DNA of 64,000 bases from a virus: positions 94,330-158,329 of the IMG/VR virus record IMGVR_UViG_3300028920_000032; one strand, written 5' to 3'. Under the pieces are notes generated by a model that did no database searches, was not told where the DNA came from, and worked only from the letters and a program-made list of their open reading frames with translations. Position numbers and translations under genes: made by a program. Each line of letters begins with the position of its first letter. The first letter of the stretch is position 1. Below are positions 20,308 through 30,479 of this stretch, one piece after another.

Positions 20308-20395
20308 CAGAGAGAGGGGGAGTCGAACCCCCAAGGCCTTTTACAGCTCGCCTGTTTTCAAGACAGGTGCAGTCACCACATCTGCTTGCCTCTCT
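20308..20395 (-). tRNA. tRNA-Ser(TGA)
   Basis: Cloverleaf with long variable arm, CCTGT-CTTGAAA-ACAGG. Confidence 0.88.
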
Positions 20396-20411
20396 AAATA
20401 CATTAATTATC

Positions 20412-21326
20412 TTATCTGAAAATCGTTACTTTGCCACCATCAAAAGTAATATTCTTACATTGAAATCCAGCGGCACCAACATGCCCTCCGCCACCATATT
20501 TCTTCGCTATTGCACTGCAGTCTATTTCTTGTTTTTTAGTTGTATATAATGAAACTATATAATGTTTACCATTAAAATTATATCTAAACATAATATCATA
20601 TTTAGACTCATCCCATTTTGATTGAAATAATATTGAATTAGCTTCAGCACTATTCATGCATATTGCTCTAAAACCATCAAAGTTTGTTTCAAACGAAAAC
20701 ATATCAACAAATGAAGCATTCTTTAATTTTTGATAATCAATTATTGTTTTGCCAGTTGTAATATTGTTCTTAACAAAATATTCTATCTCTTTATAATTAT
20801 TCTTTAATGAAAATAATACTTTCCATTTATCAAATGCATCATCATTTTGTGGATCATAATTAAAAAGTCTCATGCCTAATTGAAAAGGATATACCACTCT
20901 ATCCCAATCAGCAATTTCACCACTTTGATCCCACACATCATATCTTCCCAACAATATCACAAATAATGGAATTTCTTTATTAAAGAAATATTCCCAGGCT
21001 AATTCACAGGCTGCTTTTCCACTTTCTATATAGCCAACTAATTCAACACCATTCTCTTTGACAGTATCAACAAAAGATTTGTGGTGATCTATTACAACTA
21101 AATATGTTTTTCTACTTAATGCCATCAATTGGCTAAAATCATCAATATGATAATCAACCAACACAACATCAGCACCTTCTTCTAATTCATCAATAGGAAA
21201 TTCTTCTCCATAATCAATAGGCCACATTTTCACAGTTTTTTTCTTAATACATTCATAATAATATCTAGCAATTGCTCCCGAACAGTGTCCATCTAAATCT
21301 TTTTTATGATAAAATATATTAACCAT
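20412..21326 (-). CDS. DHH/DHHA1 phosphoesterase
   Basis: YH..DLDG, IDHH, GGGGH..AAG motifs; start at the RBS-supported MVNIF. Confidence 0.9.
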   Translation of the reverse strand: MVNIFYHKKDLDGHCSGAIARYYYECIKKKTVKMWPIDYGEEFPIDELEEGADVVLVDYHIDDFSQLMALSRKTYLVVIDHHKSFVDTVKENGVELVGYIESGKAACELAWEYFFNKEIPLFVILLGRYDVWDQSGEIADWDRVVYPFQLGMRLFNYDPQNDDAFDKWKVLFSLKNNYKEIEYFVKNNITTGKTIIDYQKLKNASFVDMFSFETNFDGFRAICMNSAEANSILFQSKWDESKYDIMFRYNFNGKHYIVSLYTTKKQEIDCSAIAKKYGGGGHVGAAGFQCKNITFDGGKVTIFR

Positions 21327-21629
21327 TATCTTCTCCTTTTTCTGAATATAATAAACAAGGTCTTTGTCCACCGCCTAAAATAAACCAACCAACTTCATCA
21401 TGGTAACCTATACCAACTGAACCTCCTACTTTATCCATAAATTCTTTATTGTTAAAACACTTTAAAGACAGATCAAATATTTTTGCATTCTTGTGGCATT
21501 TCTCTATAGTAATGTTTTAACTCATCCCAATCAATAAGAAAATGTTCTAACTTAAAAACATTAATCATATACATTTGCCCTTTTTATATTGTATACTTTC
21601 TTAGAATGTTCAGTATTTTGTGAACATTA

Positions 21630-21836
21630 TTATTTTATTTTAAAATCAAATTTAATAAAATCATCTTCTAAATAAGCAGTCAGTGAATTAGGCATGTATT
21701 CAAAATCTTCACAGATTTCATCTCTTACTGCTGCTGAACAAACCATTTTTCTTTGTAAAGATCGATAGTAATGATATTTACAATCTTTACAAGTATATCC
21801 ACGCAACTTACATTTAAGGATTTCTTTCGAGTCCAT
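21630..21836 (-). CDS. Cys-rich family protein
   Basis: KCKLRGYTCKDC...C...ICEDF. Confidence 0.55.
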   Translation of the reverse strand: MDSKEILKCKLRGYTCKDCKYHYYRSLQRKMVCSAAVRDEICEDFEYMPNSLTAYLEDDFIKFDFKIK

Positions 21837-21865
21837 ATACTATAATATGCGATTTAAAAATTAGA

Positions 21866-22114
21866 TTATCGTTTACGCCTTTTTTTGTGTATTGATTTTC
21901 TCTTTTCTTTATCTTTTTTCTTGCGGTCGATTTTATGCATTAAATCTACTTTAGTTTGATGTTTAATTTGTGAAGGTTTAGTAAAATATTGTCTGTCTTT
22001 ATATTCTTTAACAATACCTTCACGATCTATTAGTCTTTTAAAACGCTTTAATGCACTTTCAATATTTTCACTTTTTCTAACTGTTACGCCTATTCCAGGT
22101 TTTGATTTACGAAT
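21866..22114 (-). CDS. rpsU: Ribosomal protein bS21 with non-canonical ATT start (absent from ORF track)
   Basis: Translates to (M)RKSKPGIGVTVRKSENIESALKRFKRLIDREGIVKEYKDRQYFTKPS...KKRRKR; AAGGAGG 8 nt upstream of ATT; no in-frame ATG/GTG/TTG before the core. Confidence 0.88.
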   Translation of the reverse strand: MRKSKPGIGVTVRKSENIESALKRFKRLIDREGIVKEYKDRQYFTKPSQIKHQTKVDLMHKIDRKKKDKEKRKSIHKKRRKR

Positions 22115-22137
22115 GATGTTACCCTCCTTTATATTAA

Positions 22138-22950
22138 TTATGCCAGTCTAGCATATTCCCAGCTTTCTTCACCACCACCTTGTGTGTTGACAGAAACTGT
22201 TAAACCAGCATCACCAGCTAATACATCATAAGCATTTCCTGCTGTTGCGACAGTAGCTTGAACTTTTGTATTTGTTGGCAAAGTAGCTGAAAAATCTGCT
22301 TGAGCATCTAATGCAGCTCTAAGCTTAGTGGCAATGACACTGTCTGAATCGCTGGTATTCAAATTAACTTCAATTTCTGTTAATGTCTGGCCACCAGGAC
22401 TTGCTGGATTTGGGTCAACTGAACTATTATCAACATCAAACCAAACATAAAAAGCTTCATCATCACTATAGATAAAAAAGTATTTTCCAGAAATTGAAGA
22501 AGCAGTTGCATCAGAACATTCAATATCAATCACTTCTTGTGCATCTTCTGCAGTATGTGAAGTTTTACCATCAATGAAAGCATAATACAATTTTCCATCT
22601 GGGCTATCTTCATCATATCTTGCAAAGTGTCTTTTTACCCAAGTAGCATTATCAGTACTTACTTCTATCTCAGTATCAATTGGAACTTGATCCCAATATA
22701 CTAGAGTTGATATAAAATCTAACCATGATGCTCTTATGCCATATTCTACCATGCCCAATGTTTGATAGTCATAATTTGGAACATCAGAATCTACTAATAC
22801 TATATCAGTACCAGCAAGAGCAAGATTGTTCAAAGCTTCTGGATAATTATAAAATCCTTGAGCGTCTTCACCAGAAAAACTTTTACATCCTGGAATGGAT
22901 GTAAGTAAATATGCAGATTTTAATCTACCTGTATTATATGTTAAACTCAT
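22138..22950 (-). CDS. Acidic hypothetical protein, possibly structural
   Basis: 270 aa, beta-rich Ser/Thr/Ala/Asp composition. Confidence 0.55.
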   Translation of the reverse strand: MSLTYNTGRLKSAYLLTSIPGCKSFSGEDAQGFYNYPEALNNLALAGTDIVLVDSDVPNYDYQTLGMVEYGIRASWLDFISTLVYWDQVPIDTEIEVSTDNATWVKRHFARYDEDSPDGKLYYAFIDGKTSHTAEDAQEVIDIECSDATASSISGKYFFIYSDDEAFYVWFDVDNSSVDPNPASPGGQTLTEIEVNLNTSDSDSVIATKLRAALDAQADFSATLPTNTKVQATVATAGNAYDVLAGDAGLTVSVNTQGGGEESWEYARLA

Positions 22951-23246
22951 TATTCTTTCCTCTTAGAATTATCTTTACGCCAACCAATACAATTATCAGC
23001 TATGGGGAACACTCTACAAATATATGGTCTAAATTTATAAATTTCACATAGATTATTTTTCATCAGAAATGGACATTTACCTACAAGTTTATACTTTAAG
23101 CCATGTCTGTCATATTCAATTATCCTATCATCAATATTTTCTCTACCTAAAATATTTAGAATAAATTTGAACATTGCTATTTCTTTTTCAGTCAATGGAA
23201 TGTCAATACAACAACTCCCACATTTTTTACATTTGAATTTTATCAT
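22950..23246 (-). CDS. YkgJ-family cysteine-cluster protein
   Basis: CKKCGSCC...CPFL...CEIY..RP.ICR.FP. Confidence 0.85.
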   Translation of the reverse strand: MIKFKCKKCGSCCIDIPLTEKEIAMFKFILNILGRENIDDRIIEYDRHGLKYKLVGKCPFLMKNNLCEIYKFRPYICRVFPIADNCIGWRKDNSKRKE

Positions 23247-23259
23247 TAAATTATCCTAT

Positions 23260-23334
23260 TGCCAGGAAAGAGATTCGAACTCTTACTGTACAGTTTTTGA
23301 AACTGTCGACTCCTACCAGTTGGTCTACCCTGGC
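23260..23334 (-). tRNA. tRNA-Leu(CAA), short variable arm
   Basis: GCCAGGG/TCCTGGC, ACAGT-TTCAAAA-ACTGT. Confidence 0.85.
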
Positions 23335-23622
23335 CTATCTTCCCTTCCACTCTAATTGATGTGGGACTTTTCTCGGAACTTGAACTCCAACTTCACATGA
23401 GAAATTACTTGTTGAAATATAAGAAAGATTACTACCGCGCTCATCCCAATATTTGCATGTAAATATTTTTGGAAATTTATAATTTTTCCTGTCTGGATGG
23501 CCGCATATTGTTTCACTAGTACCATCTTCATATGCATAGCGATCATAATATTCACAAGTGTCACATGTTGCATTTCTAAGTAAATTCTTAGTTACTTTCT
23601 TTTTCATTAACATAATGCTCAC
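23335..23622 (-). CDS. TKxLLRN-CxxC family protein
   Basis: TKNLLRNATCDTC...C...TCKYW. Confidence 0.6.
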   Translation of the reverse strand: MSIMLMKKKVTKNLLRNATCDTCEYYDRYAYEDGTSETICGHPDRKNYKFPKIFTCKYWDERGSNLSYISTSNFSCEVGVQVPRKVPHQLEWKGR

Positions 23623-23794
23623 AAATTAAAGAGTCTGGTAATACAGTTTCATCTGAATTAGCAGATTTCCATAAACATATTGCCATCCCGAGATTTTTAG
23701 ATATATAATATACACATGATTCGCATATAATATTCCTAAGAATTTTCTTAGTTCGTTCTTTTGAAGTTAATTTTTTCTTTCTGAAATCTCTCAT
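23588..23794 (-). CDS. TKxLLRN-CxxC family protein
   Basis: TKKILRNIICESC...C...ICEHY. Confidence 0.6.
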   Translation of the reverse strand: MRDFRKKKLTSKERTKKILRNIICESCVYYISKNLGMAICLWKSANSDETVLPDSLICEHYVNEKESN

Positions 23795-24125
23795 ACCACT
23801 GTTCCAGATTTTTAAAATCTTCAGTATTTTTTAAGTGTTTTTTATATGATCTAATTAAAAAGTATTTAAATACTTTAATCTCAAAAGCTTGTTTACCTAT
23901 ATATTGAAATTGAGCATCACTATAAATATCTTGTACCCAATCACCTATTTTATAATCAGCTTTATTGTGTTCTATGATATCAACACATTTCATCACTAAG
24001 GTCATTGGTGACAAATTACTATTATCAATTTCACTAGCTCGAACTGATTGCCAAATATGAAAATTATCATGAAAATAATGACCTACTGGAATTTCTTTAA
24101 ATCTGCAACGATCCCATGCTCTCAT
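23748..24125 (-). CDS. Hypothetical protein
   Basis: ORF with RBS. Confidence 0.5.
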   Translation of the reverse strand: MRAWDRCRFKEIPVGHYFHDNFHIWQSVRASEIDNSNLSPMTLVMKCVDIIEHNKADYKIGDWVQDIYSDAQFQYIGKQAFEIKVFKYFLIRSYKKHLKNTEDFKNLEQWYERFQKEKINFKRTN

Positions 24126-24239
24126 TTATTTTTCCTTTTAGTATAAAATATAGCTCCACATCTATTACACTTGCGTTTATTTGGTTCTACAAATGTAGTG
24201 TCACAACTATCACAATCTGGGCAACATATGTGATAACTT

Positions 24240-24557
24240 TTATTTATTGAAATCAATTAGTTTAACTCCTAATATTTTTTGATTATTATAATCGCCATCA
24301 GTTTTGTCAACAATTATAGAAAATCTCTTCCCACATAGCACATCAGTTATTGTAGCCATTATTGACAAAGTGCTAATTCCTTCATCTTCTGAATCAAAAG
24401 CGGCTAAACCCAATTTAGGAAATTCTTTTTCTAACTCTCTTAATTCAGGCACTTTGTCGCCAAATGATATTAGTTTATTAAATTCGCCGTAAGTTATATT
24501 TTTAATTTTAAATAATTTATTAAGCATGTCTACTAAATATTTTTCTTTTTCTTCCAT
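24240..24557 (-). CDS. Hypothetical protein
   Basis: ORF with AGGAG RBS. Confidence 0.55.
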   Translation of the reverse strand: MEEKEKYLVDMLNKLFKIKNITYGEFNKLISFGDKVPELRELEKEFPKLGLAAFDSEDEGISTLSIMATITDVLCGKRFSIIVDKTDGDYNNQKILGVKLIDFNK

Positions 24558-24568
24558 ATTAACTCCTA

Positions 24569-24644
24569 TGCTCCAGACAGGACTCGAACCTGCACTAATT
24601 CATGACCTCAGCATGACGACTCCTACCAATTGGTCTACTGGAGC
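24569..24644 (-). tRNA. tRNA-Leu(GAG), short variable arm
   Basis: GCTCCAG/CTGGAGC, TCATG-CTGAGGT-CATGA. Confidence 0.85.
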
Positions 24645-24773
24645 AAAACTATCTTTTTGATTTAGTTGTAGATTTATATTTACAATTTTCAGGATTGCAA
24701 TCTTTTCTACCACTAAATCTGTTTGTACATCCTCTATCTTTGTTATAATATATACAATTAATTCGTATTCTCA

Positions 24774-25325
24774 TTATATCATCCTAACTAAATCCCAATT
24801 ATCATGCCTTGTTTCCATATATGCTTTTACTTGATCAAATGATACTGGAAAGAAATTGTGTAAATCAACACATACACTCATTGTTTTTCCAATAGCATGA
24901 TCAGCTTGTGTTTTATTGTGATGATGACCAAATAAATGCCAGGCATTCCAATGAGAACAATTCCATGACGACATCATATAATGACATAAAGTAATTTTCT
25001 GTTTGTTTATTTTAATGTCTTTTATCCACTGTACGCTGGCGCAATATTTTAATAACTCATCTTTTTTCCACATTTTTTTATCATGGTTTCCCCAAATAAA
25101 ATGAAAGTGGATGTTTCTTGGAATCTTTTTTAAGAATTCTAAACCTACATTTCTATTAAAAGAAAGGTCACCTAGAAAGTAAACTTGATCACCAGGTTTA
25201 GTCATGTGATACAAATTATAAATAATAGTATCATCCATAAACTCTACAGTTTCAAACGGACGTGAACAAACTTGCATAACATGCTTGTGATTTAAATGCC
25301 AATCTGACGTAAACCAATAATTCAA
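24774..25325 (-). CDS. Calcineurin-like metallophosphoesterase
   Basis: SDWH, LGD, GNHD, CHY, GHHH motifs. Confidence 0.92.
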   Translation of the reverse strand: MNYWFTSDWHLNHKHVMQVCSRPFETVEFMDDTIIYNLYHMTKPGDQVYFLGDLSFNRNVGLEFLKKIPRNIHFHFIWGNHDKKMWKKDELLKYCASVQWIKDIKINKQKITLCHYMMSSWNCSHWNAWHLFGHHHNKTQADHAIGKTMSVCVDLHNFFPVSFDQVKAYMETRHDNWDLVRMI

Positions 25326-25352
25326 TTGCGACCTCCATATTTAATTGCGACT

Positions 25353-25637
25353 TTAAGGTAATAAACTTTTATTTATCTGACCATAAAAGTCGTTTTTATC
25401 ATTCTTTTTTAATGTTTCAAGAATATGTTCTGGAACACCTTCAGTCTCAACCATGCCATCATCATATATTTTTTTAGCTACTATATCTGGACTAATAACT
25501 AATTGCCAGCTATATATCCTGCTATCAGGTATATTATGCTTTTTTAATTCTTTCTTTGCTTTTTGTATTAGATCAGCAAATTCAGTAAAAGTTAATTCAT
25601 CATTATGTGCACATAAATCTATAGTTTTTTCTATCAT
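25353..25637 (-). CDS. Hypothetical protein
   Basis: ORF with RBS. Confidence 0.5.
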   Translation of the reverse strand: MIEKTIDLCAHNDELTFTEFADLIQKAKKELKKHNIPDSRIYSWQLVISPDIVAKKIYDDGMVETEGVPEHILETLKKNDKNDFYGQINKSLLP

Positions 25638-25664
25638 TATAAACTCCCTAAATTAATTTTCTAG

Positions 25665-25737
25665 ACCCACCGACAGGATTCGAACCTGCGTTAAACTGTT
25701 TCGAAGACAGCTGCCTAATCCAATCAGCCACAGTGGG
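25665..25737 (-). tRNA. tRNA-Arg(TCG)
   Basis: CCCACTG/CGGTGGG, GCTGT-CTTCGAA-ACAGT. Confidence 0.88.
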
Positions 25738-25992
25738 TTAATCTGCAGAAGCTGTAAAAACAATCGGTAAATAAGGTGCATATGCAATTTCTGCTTCTGC
25801 TTTGCTCCAATCTTTACAAGTATTATTTATATCACTTATATATTTTTTTGTTAAAAAGCAACGATATTCATCTTTATAAGTGTTAATTTTCTCTGGTACT
25901 CTAATTGGAAGAAGTGGTGATTGTATTAAGTGTTTACAATTTTCACAAGTTTGATTTCTTAATAATTTTTTAGTTTTTTCTTTCTTAGTCAC
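25738..25992 (-). CDS. TKxLLRN-CxxC family protein
   Basis: TKKLLRNQTCENC...C...TCKDW. Confidence 0.65.
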   Translation of the reverse strand: MTKKEKTKKLLRNQTCENCKHLIQSPLLPIRVPEKINTYKDEYRCFLTKKYISDINNTCKDWSKAEAEIAYAPYLPIVFTASAD

Positions 25993-26192
25993 ATTTTATA
26001 CCCTGTAAGTGGAACAGTGATTATTTGATCAAAAGTGCTATCAGTAACATTAGAAGCATACATTGCAGCTGCTCTTAACCACACTTCACATGTTCCGTTA
26101 GCTGTAATTTTTCTAGTGCACTTTGGATAATAAAAACAATTTTCACAAGTTTGATTCTTTAATAGTTTTTTAGTTTTTTCTTTCTTTTTCAT
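25989..26192 (-). CDS. TKxLLRN-CxxC family protein
   Basis: TKKLLKNQTCENC...C...TCEVW. Confidence 0.65.
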   Translation of the reverse strand: MKKKEKTKKLLKNQTCENCFYYPKCTRKITANGTCEVWLRAAAMYASNVTDSTFDQIITVPLTGYKM

Positions 26193-26356
26193 CGCTTAGT
26201 CCAATGATCACAAGTATCTTCACTACTAACTGGTTTAACTAAAAAAGCACAAATACCAACCTGTGGCATTGGCTTGTCTAATTCAATCATCCTAACAGAA
26301 CTACAATTTTTACAACATTGATCTCTTAAAAGTTGTTTAGTTGTTTTTCTGCTCAT
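26189..26356 (-). CDS. TKxLLRN-CxxC family protein (55 aa, below ORF-track cutoff)
   Basis: MSRKTTKQLLRDQCCKNC...C...TCDHW; ATGA overlaps with both neighbours. Confidence 0.65.
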   Translation of the reverse strand: MSRKTTKQLLRDQCCKNCSSVRMIELDKPMPQVGICAFLVKPVSSEDTCDHWTKR

Positions 26357-26511
26357 CTTTTAGTCCAAAAAAAGCATGTGCCATGTTTATGATCTTGACC
26401 GACTGTACATTTAATTACTATTGGTTTACCAAAAATAGTAGTCAGAAGCGCATGATAACAATTAACACAAGTTTGATTTCTTAATAATTTTTTAGTCTTT
26501 TGTTTATCCAA
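26353..26511 (-). CDS. TKxLLRN-CxxC family protein (52 aa, below cutoff)
   Basis: (M)DKQKTKKLLRNQTCVNC...C...TCFFW. Confidence 0.6.
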   Translation of the reverse strand: MDKQKTKKLLRNQTCVNCYHALLTTIFGKPIVIKCTVGQDHKHGTCFFWTKR

Positions 26512-26707
26512 TTTCTGTCACCTGTACAAACCCATCTCCAAAGCGACAATAGCCTTCTTCTAAACAAGATTGTTTATATTCATCTGAGTAAGTGTTCCAT
26601 GAAGGAATATGTTCTTCACATGCTTTCATAAACAACTTGTCTCTTTTAGATTTTGTCTTCTCTATATATCTTACTCGATTGCTTGATATCACAATTATCA
26701 AAAACAT
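26504..26707 (-). CDS. Hypothetical protein
   Basis: ORF overlapping both neighbours. Confidence 0.5.
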   Translation of the reverse strand: MFLIIVISSNRVRYIEKTKSKRDKLFMKACEEHIPSWNTYSDEYKQSCLEEGYCRFGDGFVQVTEIG

Positions 26708-27423
26708 AATATTTGTGAAACCTCATCACTCATGTCATTAACTTTATATGGTTCAACGCCATCGTTAGTAACATGAAATAAACACATTGCAAATTTTGTA
26801 TTCTTTGGAAAATAGTTTTCTTCAATTAAAATAGTTTTGTAAATATTTAATTGTAATGAATAATGCATAAAATTACAGTCTTCTAAATGTTCCAGTGGAT
26901 AATGCATATATTTATCCCATCCGTTATGCTTTTTAATCTCTGCATTAGTTTTCCAATCATAAATATAAACAGTATCTTTCTTCTGCATTAGTAAATCAAT
27001 AGTTCCAGATATTCCTAATCTTTCTGAAAATATTATTACCTCGGTATTTAGAATTTTGTATTTTTTTAATAAATAGTCCATTATAGGAATTAATTCTTGG
27101 ACACGTTTTAATGCTTCTTCATTTGTAAGTTGTGGTAATTTTTTATCCATCATATAAGCTTCAGCATATGCATGAACTTGAGTACCTAAATCAAGAGAAG
27201 CTAATTTCTTCTCTTCCCAATTGTTTAGAACTTCTTCTTGTGTTATACCTTCTCTCTCGGCTATTCTTTTAGAATGTTTCTCTGCATCAAACTTTGGAGT
27301 AAAATTCTTAATAAATTTAGTACAACTCACAAGTTGTTGTTTAGTTTCTTCTACAAAATAAGTGTGAGAATCTTCATCAAATATTACAGTATGTCCACTA
27401 GGGTTTTGTGCTTTTCTTGTCAT
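26698..27423 (-). CDS. PD-(D/E)xK exonuclease (Cas4/RecB-like)
   Basis: GTQVH, E, SGTIDLL, DWKT, YSLQLNIY motifs. Confidence 0.85.
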   Translation of the reverse strand: MTRKAQNPSGHTVIFDEDSHTYFVEETKQQLVSCTKFIKNFTPKFDAEKHSKRIAEREGITQEEVLNNWEEKKLASLDLGTQVHAYAEAYMMDKKLPQLTNEEALKRVQELIPIMDYLLKKYKILNTEVIIFSERLGISGTIDLLMQKKDTVYIYDWKTNAEIKKHNGWDKYMHYPLEHLEDCNFMHYSLQLNIYKTILIEENYFPKNTKFAMCLFHVTNDGVEPYKVNDMSDEVSQILCF

Positions 27424-27859
27424 AATAAATTAATTATGCTCTTGAATTTTTTGTTTGATGTTTTGAGTTCCATACCACAATTCTTGAAATATACCTTTTA
27501 AACCTTTCTCTTCTAATTCAACTGTGCATTGATATGCAAATATAAGAAAACTAACTAATAATATTATTCCTATAATTATTAATAAATATTTAATCATATT
27601 AATTCTCCATCTTTAAAATTGGCACATGAAAGAGCTTCATCTCTTTTAAATCATCTTTTTCATATTGTAGTCCTATGATACCTGTTTTTAAATTAATTTC
27701 ATTGAAATAAAGTTTTAAACTTTAAATTGGGTAAAAACTTAAGAAAATATTCTGCAGCTTTTTTAAAACTAGAATATATTCTCATAGTTTGTTTTTCGTC
27801 TATAGTAGAATATATCATATACCCTTTCATATTAACCTCCAGTAAAAAATTATGGTAAT

Positions 27860-28372
27860 TCATTCAATCCAAACAGGTTTATATCTTAACGCTCTTTTTA
27901 CTTCTGATATTTTGTATGCTTTATTTGGTCCTGAAATTGGGTCATGAATTAAATAATATCTGTTGTCTAATATACCAGTTATTATTATATAATGACCTCC
28001 ACCATATGTATAGCCTCTACTAGAGATATATTTGGCATCAATTACAGCTAATACAACACCACTTCCATAATAACAATCTAAATTCTTAAGAAATTTATAA
28101 TCAATATAATATAATTGTAAAATAAATAAAAGTTCAAATATTCCAGTTGCACCATCTTCTGCTTTGTAACCAATTAGTTTTCTAGCATCTTCAACTGTAA
28201 TATCAACGCCACTACGTTGAATTAGCATAGCTGCACATGCAGGACCACAATTCCCAACTCCAGTATCAATCTGAGATTTATACCAATTAGTTTCATCAAA
28301 CAGTTTGATGTTATCTTCTGAAAAACTAAACGTGATCATTAAAAGTAGTATTATAATAAATAATTTATTCAT
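27860..28372 (-). CDS. C39-like cysteine peptidase with signal peptide
   Basis: Q...NCGPACAAM, GHY, HDP. Confidence 0.8.
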   Translation of the reverse strand: MNKLFIIILLLMITFSFSEDNIKLFDETNWYKSQIDTGVGNCGPACAAMLIQRSGVDITVEDARKLIGYKAEDGATGIFELLFILQLYYIDYKFLKNLDCYYGSGVVLAVIDAKYISSRGYTYGGGHYIIITGILDNRYYLIHDPISGPNKAYKISEVKRALRYKPVWIE

Positions 28373-28375
28373 AAA

Positions 28376-28723
28376 TTATACTGATAATTTAGCTTTAGTA
28401 ATTTCCTTACGAATCCTAGAATCTCTTGCTTTTACAAGCAAATCCCACAATTCTTCGGGAGACATCAATCTTATTCGAGTCTTGAACAATGGGCTGTCTG
28501 TAAACACATCAAAAAAATCATTCTCTTTTATAAATTCTTCAAAACCTATTTCATACCCCCTATTAATTTCTACCATGTAGTCATCAAATCTTTCTTTTTT
28601 TCTATGCTTGTGTTCTACCCAATACATCAAAATTTTATTAAAAAGTTTACTCAAGCTGTTATATGTTTTTCCAATACTAGGATCTGCTAGTCCAAAATGT
28701 CGTTCTGCAAAAATAAATTTCAT
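28376..28723 (-). CDS. Hypothetical protein (paralog set 28376-29432)
   Basis: Ends ITKAKL; similar size and layout to neighbours. Confidence 0.55.
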   Translation of the reverse strand: MKFIFAERHFGLADPSIGKTYNSLSKLFNKILMYWVEHKHRKKERFDDYMVEINRGYEIGFEEFIKENDFFDVFTDSPLFKTRIRLMSPEELWDLLVKARDSRIRKEITKAKLSV

Positions 28724-29076
28724 GATATCAACATTCCTTTCGTAAGAAATTTTTTACTTTTTTTATCAGTTTTTACTAATTGAATTATTTCTTCAGTCTT
28801 TAATTTTCTTTTCCTTAAATTAATATCGACTTCATAAACTAAAAAGTTATAATCACTACTATTTAAATAATCTTCAAATCTGATGGGCACCCACTGAGAA
28901 CACTGATCTTGACTGGCATAATGAAATTGTTGTCTATGATCAGTAATAGCTCGAACTCGTTTTTGATAAGCCTCAAAGATCCTAGAAGTTAAATTATAAA
29001 CATCATCAACTACCATAAGAGAGTTTCTATATATTTTTTCATATTGATTTATAGCTGCAAATAGCCAAATTTTCAT
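28720..29076 (-). CDS. Hypothetical protein (paralog set)
   Basis: MKIWL...LTKGML. Confidence 0.6.
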   Translation of the reverse strand: MKIWLFAAINQYEKIYRNSLMVVDDVYNLTSRIFEAYQKRVRAITDHRQQFHYASQDQCSQWVPIRFEDYLNSSDYNFLVYEVDINLRKRKLKTEEIIQLVKTDKKSKKFLTKGMLIS

Positions 29077-29432
29077 TCTTTTAACATTCCTTTCGTAAAA
29101 TGCTTTTTACACTGTTCAGTATTTCGTAAAAGATCCATGGCTGCTTGTTGATTCAATTTCTTTTTTTTGCCATTAACTTCAGCTTCAAATATTACAAAAT
29201 CACTATAATTATTAACATAAGCAAAAAATGACATCGGTTTTTTATCCATCCAATTTTCTCTATTCCAACTATTTTCTTGATGCCACTTAATTCTTTTTTC
29301 TTCTTTGGCATGAACTACTTTCCACCATTCGTATATTTGTTTGCCCATGTATTCTACATTATCAAACACTCTAAGTGGATTTACATTTATAGCATGTTTT
29401 GATCCAGTTTTAGTCATTAACCAAACTTTCAT
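29073..29432 (-). CDS. Hypothetical protein (paralog set)
   Basis: MKVWL...FTKGML. Confidence 0.6.
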   Translation of the reverse strand: MKVWLMTKTGSKHAINVNPLRVFDNVEYMGKQIYEWWKVVHAKEEKRIKWHQENSWNRENWMDKKPMSFFAYVNNYSDFVIFEAEVNGKKKKLNQQAAMDLLRNTEQCKKHFTKGMLKE

Positions 29433-29845
29433 TTTTCTCTCCGGATTTTACCATTCGGTAAAATTATATATATTAATCGACTCTTTTTACGAGCTTTGCG
29501 TACTGTTGACCAAGTGCCAGATCGTTGCTTTTCTGTATAATCTTTTGGAGTAGCAATTAGCATATCACAACTGTTTACAATATCCCAATTGCGTTCCATA
29601 TAATCTGTTGGTGCAAATATAAATTCAGCATTTTTATATGCTCTCTTATGGTTAATAATTGGGGGATGTATATAAATTGGTATATTTAATTTTTCTACTA
29701 TATCATGAAATTCAGCGTCAGCTCCAACACAGTCACCATGATGTGCTTCACACACATTTAATTCGTTTAATAAATTTCTGAGGGAATCTTTTTGCTCATT
29801 AGTCATACCAACTTGAGTGCCAGTAAATCCTAATCTATAATGCAT
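29429..29845 (-). CDS. SLOG-superfamily-like protein
   Basis: GFTG, HGDCVGAD, RN..IV, SGTW.T. Confidence 0.6.
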   Translation of the reverse strand: MHYRLGFTGTQVGMTNEQKDSLRNLLNELNVCEAHHGDCVGADAEFHDIVEKLNIPIYIHPPIINHKRAYKNAEFIFAPTDYMERNWDIVNSCDMLIATPKDYTEKQRSGTWSTVRKARKKSRLIYIILPNGKIRREK

Positions 29846-29846
29846 A

Positions 29847-29917
29847 TAGCTCTAACCGGATTTGAACCGATGTGACTTGGTTGAGAACCAAGCAGCCTAC
29901 CGCTAGCTGATAGAGCC
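29847..29917 (-). tRNA. tRNA-Glu(CTC)
   Basis: GGCTCTA/TAGAGCT, CTTGG-TTCTCAA-CCAAG. Confidence 0.85.
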
Positions 29918-30126
29918 AGTTTTTCTTTTATGTCTAGTAATAAGTTTGATTGGAAAGTATACAATGGCAAGTAATGCAAATGGGATGGTAACACCAAATA
30001 TAATATTGCCTATAAAAAATATTAATGCGTTTAAATTATAAACATCCATACTTTCTCCTTATTACAAACTAGCCGGAACAAATATCCCGGCTAGCTAGTT
30101 AATAATATTTTTATTGTCTTTAATAA

Positions 30127-30348
30127 TTATGCTGCAACTTCAGCTGTCTTTGTTGCTTTTTCTTCTCTACGTTTTTTAGCATTTTCCTTAGCTTGGTTTC
30201 TAGCTTCGACAACTTCAGCTTCGGTAACACCAAGCTTTTCAGCTCGTCTTCGAAGGCGTCTTGCATAAGCTCGAGCCCTGCGAGCTGCTTTCTTTTCCTC
30301 AAGAGTTTTCTTTACTCGAGGAGTTTTTGTGGTAACTACGTCTGACAT
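30127..30348 (-). CDS. Small Arg/Ala/Lys-rich basic protein, likely nucleic-acid binding
   Basis: AAGGAGG RBS, two upstream promoter motifs, downstream CTAGCCGG/CCGGCTAG hairpin. Confidence 0.6.
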   Translation of the reverse strand: MSDVVTTKTPRVKKTLEEKKAARRARAYARRLRRRAEKLGVTEAEVVEARNQAKENAKKRREEKATKTAEVAA

Positions 30349-30479
30349 ATATCCTCCTTATATCTAAATTATATTCAACCCTCGAAGCTTTAAAATACTC
30401 CAGGTTGTTATTATAATTTATTATAAAGCAGTGTCGAAGCTATTTATGTTTGTGTGATTTTGCTATAGCTTCATCGATT

